This document shows positions 9,139 to 17,331 of a DNA stretch of 36,532 bases, piece by piece. Under the pieces are notes generated by a model that did not search any database, was not told the DNA's origin, and was given only the letters and a program-made list of their open reading frames with translations. Numbering within the stretch: position 1 is the stretch's first letter; each line of letters starts with the position of its first letter. Both the position numbers and the translations under genes were made by a program. The stretch comes from Polyangiaceae bacterium. Lineage in GTDB: Bacteria; Myxococcota_A; Polyangia; Polyangiales; Polyangiaceae. Location of the stretch: positions 1 through 36,532 of the forward strand of contig JAPSGB010000043.1 in the NCBI GenBank assembly GCA_035063585.1, given 5' to 3'.

Positions 9139-11157
9139 TCAGCGCGGGACGGGGCGCCGCGGCGCGACCAGGAGCCCGCTCGCGAGCCCGACGAAGAGCG
9201 CGCGGCGCGTCTCGCGGGGGCTCGCCATGCGCTCCTCCGCGAAGCGCGCGACGAGCGCCGCCACCGGGCCGTCACCGCCGAGCTCGAGCACGCGCCGCTC
9301 GGGCGCGGGCAGGCCGAGCTCGGACACCGCGACCGGCGGCGACGGCGCGTGACGCACGCTCGCGCCGCCGAGCGCGTCGAGGTGCCGCGCGAGCTCGTCA
9401 TCGTGGGCGGCGGCGCGCGCCACCCGCGTCACCAGCTCGAGCGACGACAGCCGCGACGAGACGCGCTCGTCGCCCACCGGCGCGCCTCGCACGAACGCCA
9501 CCTCGCCGTCGTGGAATCGGAAGAGGTCGAGCAGCCGCGCCTCGAGCTGCTCGATGAGCGCGCGGAGCAGCGCGAGCGGGCGCAGCTTCCCTTGCTCGAC
9601 CAGCGCCTGTCCGACGCGCGTCGCGCTCGCGGCGGCGCGGTCGAGCGCATCGTCGAGAGCTTGCCGGGTGACCAGCCCGGCGTGCACCAGTCGATGCCCG
9701 ATGAGCTCCCCGCGGTCCGTCGAGCTCACGAACGCGAGCTCCCCGCGCGTGAGGTGGACCCGCTTCTCGCGCCCGCCGCTCACCGCGCGGAGCACGCCCG
9801 TCTCGCGCCGCACCACGAGCTCGTAGATCAGCGCGGGCAGCGCGAGCGGCGCGAGCGAGCGGCGCCACACGAGCTCGCCCTCCGGCTCCACGCCGAAGCG
9901 GAAGGCGGGGCGCGCGAGCAACCGCGCGAGGTCGGCGAGCTGACGCGCGGGACGGAAGCCGCCGCCGTCGACCGAGATCAGCGCGCGCTCGGTGAGCCTC
10001 CCGGTCGCGGCGAGCTCGAGGAGCTGGGCGCGCGACATCGGTCCCATGGTGGCGCGACGCTCGACGCGCACTTCGTAGCAGGACGCGGCGGCCGCCGGCC
10101 GCGCCGGACCGACCACCCGCCCGCCTTCGGCTGGGCGCGCGGGCGCCCGGGGCGGCTCGAGCTCGCTCAGATCGACCTCGAGGCTCTGCGTGATCGCCTC
10201 GCGGACGCCGCTCTGCGAGGGGAGCACGCCGAGCCCGGCGAGCCACCCGATGAGCTCGGCGTCGCCCATGCCCACGCCCTCGGCGCTCGCGGCCGCGCGG
10301 AGGGCGCCCGCGAACTCCGACGCCGACGCGAAGCGGTCGTGGGGCTCGCGCGCGAGCGCGCGGGTGAGCGCGCTCTGGAGCCGCCGGGGGAGCCCGGCGC
10401 CGTGCACGCTCAGCATGCGGAGATCCGCCTCGTGGATGCGAGTGAGAATCTCGAGCTCGTTCTTCCCGGGGAAGAGCGGACGGGCGATGAGCATCTCCGC
10501 GAGCACGATGCCCACCGCGAACAGATCGCTGCGCGCGTCCACCTCGGCGCCCATCACCTGCTCGGGCGACATGTAACCGAGCTTGCCCTTGAGCTCGCCC
10601 GGGTAGGTGCGGCGATCGACCAGCGCGCTCTTCACGATGCCGAAATCGGTGAGCTTCACCTCGCCCGCGCGACCGAGGAGCACGTTGCCGGGCGACACGT
10701 CCCGATGCACGATGCCGAGCGCGCGCCCGCTCGAGTCGCGGGCCTCGTGCGCGTACTCGAGCGCGCGCAGGACCTCATGCGCGACGTAGAGCGCGACGCC
10801 GAGCGGGAAGCGTTCGCCGCGCGCGGCGACGGCGCGCAGGAGCTTCGCGCACGAGATGCCGTCCACGTACTCCATGGCCATGAAGAGCACGCCGTCGGCC
10901 TCGCCGAAGTCGACCACCTGGACGATGTTCGGGTGGCTGAGCGCGGCACAGATGCGCGCCTCGTCGCAGAACATCGCGACCAGCCGCTCGTCGCGCGCGA
11001 GGTCGGGCAGGATGCGCTTTACCGCCAGCCGCTTGGCAAAACCGCGCGGCCCCGCGCGCCGCGCCACGAACACCTCGGCCATGCCCCCGGCGCCGAGGCG
11101 CTCGCCGAGCTCATACGGCCCGAGCCGGCGGTCTTCGAGTGGGCACACCACTTCCAT
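9139..11157 (-). CDS. Ser/Thr protein kinase with GYF_2-like and DUF4388/MshEN-like C-terminal domains
   Basis: From ATG 11157: LGAGGMAEVF, AVKRILP, HRDVSPGN, DFG, KGKLGYMSPE; GPMSRAQLLELAATGRL (GYF_2-like); ETGVLRAVSGGREKRVHLTRGELAFVSS (DUF4388-like); no TM segment seen. Confidence 0.92.
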   Translation of the reverse strand: MEVVCPLEDRRLGPYELGERLGAGGMAEVFVARRAGPRGFAKRLAVKRILPDLARDERLVAMFCDEARICAALSHPNIVQVVDFGEADGVLFMAMEYVDGISCAKLLRAVAARGERFPLGVALYVAHEVLRALEYAHEARDSSGRALGIVHRDVSPGNVLLGRAGEVKLTDFGIVKSALVDRRTYPGELKGKLGYMSPEQVMGAEVDARSDLFAVGIVLAEMLIARPLFPGKNELEILTRIHEADLRMLSVHGAGLPRRLQSALTRALAREPHDRFASASEFAGALRAAASAEGVGMGDAELIGWLAGLGVLPSQSGVREAITQSLEVDLSELEPPRAPARPAEGGRVVGPARPAAAASCYEVRVERRATMGPMSRAQLLELAATGRLTERALISVDGGGFRPARQLADLARLLARPAFRFGVEPEGELVWRRSLAPLALPALIYELVVRRETGVLRAVSGGREKRVHLTRGELAFVSSTDRGELIGHRLVHAGLVTRQALDDALDRAAASATRVGQALVEQGKLRPLALLRALIEQLEARLLDLFRFHDGEVAFVRGAPVGDERVSSRLSSLELVTRVARAAAHDDELARHLDALGGASVRHAPSPPVAVSELGLPAPERRVLELGGDGPVAALVARFAEERMASPRETRRALFVGLASGLLVAPRRPVPR
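10091..10118 (+). repeat. Dispersed ~28-bp GC-rich repeat, copy 1 (inside the kinase linker)
   Basis: GCCGCCGGCCGCGCCGGACCGACCACCC; 27/28 identical to 15229-15256. Confidence 0.7.
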
Positions 11158-11305
11158 CTTCGCCAAGCATAACCCGACCGGCCCGCTCCCGCCCCGGAGA
11201 AATCCCGCCCGCGCGCCCGGGAAGTCAGCTTCGAGCGGGAGGGGCCGGGCCGGCGCGGAATCCCGCGGGGCGCTCTTGCCGGATCTGTTGTACTTTCCGG
11301 GCCCG

Positions 11306-12370
11306 ATGAGCGAACCGGACGACGAGAGGCCGGCGGAGCCGCTGGCGCGGACCGGAGAGCGCGCGGTCACCGCGCGGCGCGGCCGCCCGCGGGTGGTCGC
11401 CGTCACCGGCGCGGCGTCCTTCCTCGGCAGGAACCTGGTCGGGCTCCTCGAGGAGGACGAGCGCGTGCGGCGCATCGTGAGCGTCGACATCGCGACGCCC
11501 GCCACCGCGGGCTCGAAGACGCGCGTGTATGACGTCGATCTCACCGCGCCTGCCGCGGAGGAGCGGGTCGCCGAGATCTTCGCCGCCGAGGGCGTCGACT
11601 GCCTCGTGCACCTCGCCTTCCTCGCCTCGCCGACCCACGCCTCGGCGTGGGCCCACGAGTTCGAGAGCGTCGGCACCATGCACCTCTTGAACGCGTGCCG
11701 GCGCGCCGAGGTGCGGAAGCTGGTGATGTGGAGCCAGACGGTGCTCTACGGCGCGCACCCGACCAACCCGAATTTCCTCACCGAGAAGCACCCGCTCCGC
11801 GCCCGGCGCTCCGAGCCCTTCTTCGCGGACAAGATCGAGGCCGAGAGCGACGCCCGGCGCTTCGGCCGGCCCGGCAAGGGGCGCGTGGTCACCATCCTCC
11901 GCACCGCGCCCATCCTCGGCCCGACCGTGAAAAACTACCTCACCGAGTACCTCGGCCGGCGCATCGTCCCGACCGTGCTCGGCTTCGATCCGCTCTGGCA
12001 ATTCATCCACGAGGCGGACGCGGTCGCGGCGGTGAAGCTCGCGGTCGATCGCGACACGCCGGGCGTGTTCAACGTGGTGGGCGACGGCGTGCTGCCGCTC
12101 AGCACCGTCATCAAGCTCGCCGGGCGCGCCGCGCTGCCGCTCCCGCGGCCGATGCTGTCGCCTCTCGTGAGCGCGCTCTGGGCGGCCGAGGTGGCCGAGG
12201 CCCCGCCGAGCTTCCTCGACTATTTCCAGTATCTCTGCGTCGCCGACGGCGAGCACGCGCGAAAGTCGCTCGGGTTCTCGCCCGTCTACACCAGCCGCGA
12301 GGCGCTGGTCGATTTCGCCAACGTCCAGCGCTTGAGGGACGTCAAGCTCCTCTCGGAGACCACCGCGTGA
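11306..12370 (+). CDS. NAD-dependent epimerase/dehydratase family (extended SDR) protein
   Basis: VAVTGAASFLG Rossmann motif, LVHLAF, VLYGA, QFIHEAD, GVFNVVGDG; start placed at ATG 11306. Confidence 0.9.
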   Translation: MSEPDDERPAEPLARTGERAVTARRGRPRVVAVTGAASFLGRNLVGLLEEDERVRRIVSVDIATPATAGSKTRVYDVDLTAPAAEERVAEIFAAEGVDCLVHLAFLASPTHASAWAHEFESVGTMHLLNACRRAEVRKLVMWSQTVLYGAHPTNPNFLTEKHPLRARRSEPFFADKIEAESDARRFGRPGKGRVVTILRTAPILGPTVKNYLTEYLGRRIVPTVLGFDPLWQFIHEADAVAAVKLAVDRDTPGVFNVVGDGVLPLSTVIKLAGRAALPLPRPMLSPLVSALWAAEVAEAPPSFLDYFQYLCVADGEHARKSLGFSPVYTSREALVDFANVQRLRDVKLLSETTA

Positions 12371-13812
12371 GCACTCGCCAATCGGACCCGAAGAACCCTG
12401 GAAAGAAAGCTGGGCGCCGCCGCGGCCGGGGCGGCAGCGGCAAGCAGCGCCCCGCCGGTCCGAGCGAGTCCGCCGCGCCGGGCGGCGAGCGCGAGCCGGG
12501 CGAGGCGGCGCCGAAGCGTCGCTCGCGTCCCGCCGCGTCGCGAGCGCCCCGCGCCAAGGACACCGCTCCCCCGCCCGTGAGCGAGCTCTCGCCCGCGAGC
12601 GGCGCGCGCGAAATCGAGGAGCCGCCCGAGGACGACGACGCTCCCCTCGAGGAGCTCGGCATCGGCTCGCGGATCGTCCCCCACAGCACGCTGAGCGCCG
12701 ACGACGACGCGCTCGCGCCCTCGTCGCGCCCGCGGGCGCCGGGGCTCGACGTCGGGCTCCCGGCGGACGTCGAGGCGCAGATCCGCGCGCTCGAGGCGCG
12801 CCTCGACGGCATGATCCGCCGCGCGGGCGGCAGCGACGAAGAGCCGCCACCGCCCTCGATCCGCGATCAGATGCAGTCGGCGGCGCGCGAGGTCGTCGAG
12901 CGGCTGGGCGCGCCCCTGCCCGCGCCACGGCTCGGCGAAGACGACGACGCGGGCGTGGTCGACGCGGTGCGCGAGCTCTTCTCGAGCGACTACTACCTCC
13001 GGCAGTGGGGCCGCATCGGGATGCGCAACCGCTCCGAGGAGGTCGACGAATTCGGGCTCGATCCGACCTACGAGGCGCGGCTGCGCCCGCTCTTCGACTT
13101 CCTCTACAAGCGCTACTTCCGCGTGGAGACGACCGGGGTCGAGCACATCCCGGCCGAGGGCCGCGCCGTGATCGTGTCGAACCACTCCGGCACCTTGCCG
13201 CTCGACGGGGTCATGCTGCGAACGGCCGTGCGCCTCGAGCACCCGGCCGCGCGCGAGCCCCGCTGGCTCACCGAGGATTTCGTCTACTACCTGCCGTTCC
13301 TCGGCGCGCTGCTGAACCGCATCGGCGCGGTGCGCGCCTGCCAGGAGAACGCCGAGCGGCTGCTCTCGCGCGATCGGCTGATCGCGGTCTTCCCCGAGGG
13401 GCTCAAGGGGATCGGCAAGCTCTATCGTGAGCGCTACCGACTGCAGCGCTTCGGGCGCGGCGGGTTCATCCGCCTGTGCCTGCGCACGCGCGCGCCGCTC
13501 ATCCCCTGCGCCATCGTCGGCGCCGAGGAGACGAACCCGCTCCTATATCGCTTCGAGTACCTGTCGCGCGCGGTCGGGCTGCCGTACGTCCCGGTCACGC
13601 CCACCTTCCCGTGGCTCGGGCCGCTCGGGCTCATCCCGGCGCCCACCCGGTGGCGCATCGAGTTCGGCGAGCCGATCCGCTTCGACGACTACGGCCCCGC
13701 CGCCGCCGACGATCACGTGCTGGTCGGTCGCCTGGCGGAGCGCGTGCGCACGACCATCCAGCGCATGCTCGACGACCGGCTCCGCGAGCGACGCAGCGTA
13801 TGGCTCGGCTAG
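12367..13812 (+). CDS. Lysophospholipid/glycerol acyltransferase (PlsC-like) with a long disordered N-terminus
   Basis: VDEFGLDP, NHSGTLPLDG, VFPEG, FGRGGF, PCAIVGAEE; GTGA overlap with the SDR stop. Confidence 0.9.
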   Translation: MSTRQSDPKNPGKKAGRRRGRGGSGKQRPAGPSESAAPGGEREPGEAAPKRRSRPAASRAPRAKDTAPPPVSELSPASGAREIEEPPEDDDAPLEELGIGSRIVPHSTLSADDDALAPSSRPRAPGLDVGLPADVEAQIRALEARLDGMIRRAGGSDEEPPPPSIRDQMQSAAREVVERLGAPLPAPRLGEDDDAGVVDAVRELFSSDYYLRQWGRIGMRNRSEEVDEFGLDPTYEARLRPLFDFLYKRYFRVETTGVEHIPAEGRAVIVSNHSGTLPLDGVMLRTAVRLEHPAAREPRWLTEDFVYYLPFLGALLNRIGAVRACQENAERLLSRDRLIAVFPEGLKGIGKLYRERYRLQRFGRGGFIRLCLRTRAPLIPCAIVGAEETNPLLYRFEYLSRAVGLPYVPVTPTFPWLGPLGLIPAPTRWRIEFGEPIRFDDYGPAAADDHVLVGRLAERVRTTIQRMLDDRLRERRSVWLG

Positions 13813-14708
13813 CGCGCGCGCCCTCGGCCGAGGTGCACGGCGTGCTCGCCGTCGACAAGCCCGAGGGGCCGACCAGCCACGACCTGGTCGCCGGCGCGAG
13901 GCGGCTCTACGGCACTCGCGCGGTCGGTCACGCCGGCACGCTGGATCCCATGGCGACCGGCGTGCTGCTCCTCCTGTTCGGCGAGGCGACCAAGCTCTCG
14001 GGCTACCTCCTCGGCGAGGACAAGCGCTACCGCGCCGAGATCAGCTTTGGACGGAGCACCGACACGCTCGACGCGCTCGGCCGCGTCACCGAAGAGGCGT
14101 CGCTCGCCCCCGACTGGCTCGCGCCCGGCGCGCTCGAGGCCGCGCTCGACGCCGAGCGCGCGCGCGCCGAGCAGCTCCCGCCGGCGTTCAGCGCCATCAA
14201 GCTCGCGGGCGAGCCCGCGCACCGGCGCGCGCGTCGCGGCGACCCACCCGAGCTCGCGCCGCGGGCGGTCCGGGTGCGCGCGCTCGAGCTCGTCGCTCGG
14301 AGCGCGCGCCGGCTCGAGGTCGAGCTCACGGTCGAGAAGGGCTACTACGTTCGCTCCTTCGCCCGCGATCTGGGCGCGCGGCTCGGCGTCCCAAGCCACC
14401 TCTCGCGGCTCCGCCGCCTGGCCAGCGGGGATTTCCGCGTGGAAGACGCCATCCCGTGGCCCCCGCCCGAGCCGGTCGCGCCGCTGCCGGTGGCGGAGGC
14501 GGCGCGGCGCTGCCTCGGCGCGGCCGAGCTCACCCCCGCGGGCGCCGCGCGCGCGCGGCTCGGCCAGCGACTCGCCCGCGAAGACTTCGCGGGGGAGCCC
14601 GGCGCCGGCGAGCTCCGCGCCTGGCTCGCGCCCGACGGCGCGCTCGTCGCGCTCGGCCGCGCCGATGGTGACGGATACCGCGTCGGGCGCGGCTTCGGAC
14701 CGCGCTGA
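13800..14708 (+). CDS. truB: tRNA pseudouridine(55) synthase
   Basis: VDKPEGPTSHD, GHAGTLDPMATGVL, QLPPAFSAIK, KGYYVRSFARDLG; start ATG 13800 or GTG 13833. Confidence 0.96.
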   Translation: MARLARAPSAEVHGVLAVDKPEGPTSHDLVAGARRLYGTRAVGHAGTLDPMATGVLLLLFGEATKLSGYLLGEDKRYRAEISFGRSTDTLDALGRVTEEASLAPDWLAPGALEAALDAERARAEQLPPAFSAIKLAGEPAHRRARRGDPPELAPRAVRVRALELVARSARRLEVELTVEKGYYVRSFARDLGARLGVPSHLSRLRRLASGDFRVEDAIPWPPPEPVAPLPVAEAARRCLGAAELTPAGAARARLGQRLAREDFAGEPGAGELRAWLAPDGALVALGRADGDGYRVGRGFGPR

Positions 14709-14751
14709 GCCCCGGCCGCGCGGGCGGTGAGCCGGAGCGCGGCCGCGCGCC

Positions 14752-15432
14752 TCAGCGCACCTCGAGCGTGGCGAGCTCGAAGCCGCGCGCGCGGAGCCGC
14801 GCCGAGAGCCGCTCGCGCCACGGCTCGGCCTCCACGCCGGGCGGCAGCTCCACTTCCACGTGGAGCTCGCGCCCGCTCGACTCGACGGTGATGGTCGCGC
14901 CCGCGAGCTCTCCGGCCCCGAGCTCGACCCGCGCGGTGCCGCGCCGGCCGTCGCCGCCCCATGCGACGCGCCGGACCAAGCGCTGCACCAGCTCCTCGAC
15001 CGCGGGCAGCGCGGCGTTCGGCGGCGGCGCGCTCGCGTGAGGCGCGGCCGTCGCGAGGGCTGGTGGCCGGTCGAACGCCAGGTGTCGCGAGAGCGGGTCG
15101 AGCGGCGGCGGCGCGTCGTCGCCGGCGTCATCGCGAGCGGTGTCCGCCGCGGAACGCTCCCGCCGCGGTGGCACGGGCTCGCGCTCGAGCTCCGCGCGCG
15201 CCGCGAGCGCGCGGCCGCCTGCGTCCGCGCCGCCGGCCGCGCCGGATCGACCACCCTTCCCGGCCCTCGACACCTCCGCCGTGGACTTCCCCGCGAGGCC
15301 CTTCAGGAGCTCAGCGAAGCCAGTAACACCCGGAAATGACCGATGATTATTGGTTTGGTGGCGGTTCGGCGCGGCCGGCGGCGCGGCCGGCGGCGCGGCC
15401 TCGCGCCCGGTGCTGGTGACTCGGGTGGACAC
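14752..15432 (-). CDS. Hypothetical protein with FliK/SctP-like C-terminal domain; start uncertain
   Basis: Low-complexity N-terminus; C-terminal ARVELGAGELAGATITVESSGRELHVEV...LSARLRARGFELATLEVR resembles hook-length-control C-domains. Confidence 0.55.
   Translation of the reverse strand: MSTRVTSTGREAAPPAAPPAAPNRHQTNNHRSFPGVTGFAELLKGLAGKSTAEVSRAGKGGRSGAAGGADAGGRALAARAELEREPVPPRRERSAADTARDDAGDDAPPPLDPLSRHLAFDRPPALATAAPHASAPPPNAALPAVEELVQRLVRRVAWGGDGRRGTARVELGAGELAGATITVESSGRELHVEVELPPGVEAEPWRERLSARLRARGFELATLEVR
15229..15256 (+). repeat. Dispersed ~28-bp repeat, copy 2
   Basis: GCCGCCGGCCGCGCCGGATCGACCACCC; 15221-15246 is also identical over 26 nt to 22744-22769. Confidence 0.7.
15357..15385 (-). 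repeat. Dispersed ~28-bp repeat, copy 3 (inverted relative to copy 2)
   Basis: Reverse complement of 15357-15382 is GCCGCCGGCCGCGCCGAACCGCCACC: one mismatch and one gap versus copy 1. Confidence 0.65.
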
Positions 15433-15539
15433 CCCGGAGGCTCGGCCCGGTGGCGCGGCGGGTTGCGTGAATTTTCCGCGAGGAGGCCGCAGGCTTCGGG
15501 CGCGGGACGGTCGATTTCGCGGCGGAGAGGCGGGGTAGC

Positions 15540-15569
15540 TTGCGCGAGCCCGGGCCAGAACGCTAACTT
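15540..15569 (+). promoter_or_regulatory. Putative sigma70-type promoter of the CNNM/CBS gene
   Basis: TTGCGC-N18-TAACTT, 37 nt before TTG 15607. Confidence 0.35.
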
Positions 15570-15606
15570 GAGCGCCGGGAGGGGGTGCCAGAGCGCCCTT
15601 TTCGAG

Positions 15607-16932
15607 TTGGACCCAGCTTCCCCACCACAGCGACTCACCCTAGAACTAGTCCTCGCCGCGCTGCCGGCCGTCGCCGCGGCGGTCTTCGCAGCGGCCAGCG
15701 CCGCGGTGAACGCGCTCTCGGGCGCGCGGCGCGCGGCGCTCTCGGAGGCGCTCACCGGGCGCGCGCAGCGTTCGCTCGAGCGCTACGTCACCGACGGCGC
15801 GACCATCGAGTCGCGATGGCTGGTCCTGCGCGTGCTCGGCATCAGCTCGGCGGCGCTGCTCGTCGGGCGGCGCCTCCCGCCGAGCCTCGGCGGCTGGGCT
15901 CCGCTCGTCGCCGCGCTGCTCGCCCTCATCGCCTACGGCGTACCCGCGGAGATCGGCCGCTCGGTCACCTCGCGCCGGCCCGAGCGCGCGGCGCCGTTCC
16001 TGCTCGGGCTCCTTCGTCCCCTCGAGCTCGTCGTGGCGCCGCTCGCGGCGCCGATGGTCTGGCTCGGCGGCCTCATCGGACGCTCGGTCACGCCGGCGCC
16101 CGGCGCGAGCACCCCGAAGATCACCGAGACCGAGGTCGAGCTCATCGTCAACGAGGGCGAGCTCAACGGCTCGCTCGATCACGAGCAGTCGGAGATGATC
16201 CGCAACGTGCTCGACTTCGGCGAGCTCACCGCGGGCGAGCTCATGGTGCCGCGCACGCAGGTCACCGGGGTCGACGTCGAGCTCACCCCGGCCGAGCTGC
16301 TCGACTACGTGACCACCCACGGCCACTCGCGGTACCCGGTGTATCGCGACAGCATCGACAACGTGATCGGCGTCCTGCACGTGAAGGATCTCATCCAGCA
16401 CCTCGCGCGCGAGTCGCTCCACTCGCAGCGGATCGAGGAGCTGATGCGGAAGCCCGTCTCGTACGTCACCGAGGTGCAGAGCGCCTCGGCAGTGCTCCGC
16501 GACATGCGCGCCCTCCACCAGCACCTGGCGGTCGTGACGGACGAGTTCGGCGGAGTGGGCGGGATCGTGACGCTCGAGGATCTGCTGGAGGAGATCGTCG
16601 GCGACATCCGCGACGAGCATGACGAGGACGAGGCCCCCATCGTCGATCTCGGCGGCGGGCGGCTGATGGTGGACGCCAGCGTGCCGATCGGGGAAATCAG
16701 CCGCTACCTCGGCGCGGAGCTGCCGGAGGACGGCGACTACTACTCGCTCGGCGGCTACCTGGTGAGCGCGCTCGGGCGGGTGCCGGGCACCGGCGCGAGC
16801 CTGTCCGCGCACGGCCTCGAGTTCATCGTGCGCGAGGCCGACGCGCGGCGCATCACCAAGGTCGAGATCGTGCGGCCGCCCCCCTCGTCGGAGGGGCCCT
16901 CGCCGCGCTCCTCGCGGATGAGCGTCGCGTGA
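15607..16932 (+). CDS. Hemolysin family / CNNM (DUF21)-CBS-CorC_HlyC transporter-associated protein
   Basis: N-terminal TM helices, MVPRTQV, HSRYPVYRDSIDNVIGVLHVKDL, DEFGGVGGIVTLEDLLEEIVGDIRDEHD, SLGGYL; start placed at TTG 15607. Confidence 0.93.
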   Translation: MDPASPPQRLTLELVLAALPAVAAAVFAAASAAVNALSGARRAALSEALTGRAQRSLERYVTDGATIESRWLVLRVLGISSAALLVGRRLPPSLGGWAPLVAALLALIAYGVPAEIGRSVTSRRPERAAPFLLGLLRPLELVVAPLAAPMVWLGGLIGRSVTPAPGASTPKITETEVELIVNEGELNGSLDHEQSEMIRNVLDFGELTAGELMVPRTQVTGVDVELTPAELLDYVTTHGHSRYPVYRDSIDNVIGVLHVKDLIQHLARESLHSQRIEELMRKPVSYVTEVQSASAVLRDMRALHQHLAVVTDEFGGVGGIVTLEDLLEEIVGDIRDEHDEDEAPIVDLGGGRLMVDASVPIGEISRYLGAELPEDGDYYSLGGYLVSALGRVPGTGASLSAHGLEFIVREADARRITKVEIVRPPPSSEGPSPRSSRMSVA

Positions 16933-17288
16933 CCGCGACGCCCGCGCTGGCTCCCCCGCTCGAGCCCGACGCCAACCCGGCGGTGGTCATCCACCCGACG
17001 GTCGGTCGCGACTGGCCCGAGGACGGGCTCGGCCCGGTCGAGCGCCTGGCCGCCGAGCTCCCCGCGCCCGGAGCGCTCGAGCCGGGGAGCTGGCTCGCGG
17101 TCGACGGCGGTCACCGCCCGCGGGCGGGCGTGCTCGGGCGCCTGCTCGGCTCGCCGCGCGCCGAGCCGCGGGTGCACCTGGCGGTGCGCTGCACCGCGCT
17201 GCTCGCGCGCGGCTACGAGCTCGTGTGCGCGGACGCGAGCGGCGTCGCCTACGGTCGCGCGCCGCCGCCTGCCGTCGAGCCTGACTGA
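16929..17288 (+). CDS. Hypothetical protein
   Basis: 119-aa ORF with GTGA overlap to the upstream stop; fills the gap before the convergent gene. Confidence 0.6.
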   Translation: MTATPALAPPLEPDANPAVVIHPTVGRDWPEDGLGPVERLAAELPAPGALEPGSWLAVDGGHRPRAGVLGRLLGSPRAEPRVHLAVRCTALLARGYELVCADASGVAYGRAPPPAVEPD

Positions 17289-17331
17289 TCCCGGCGGGCT
17301 CGCGCCGCGCCGACCTCCCCCGAGGCTCCGC

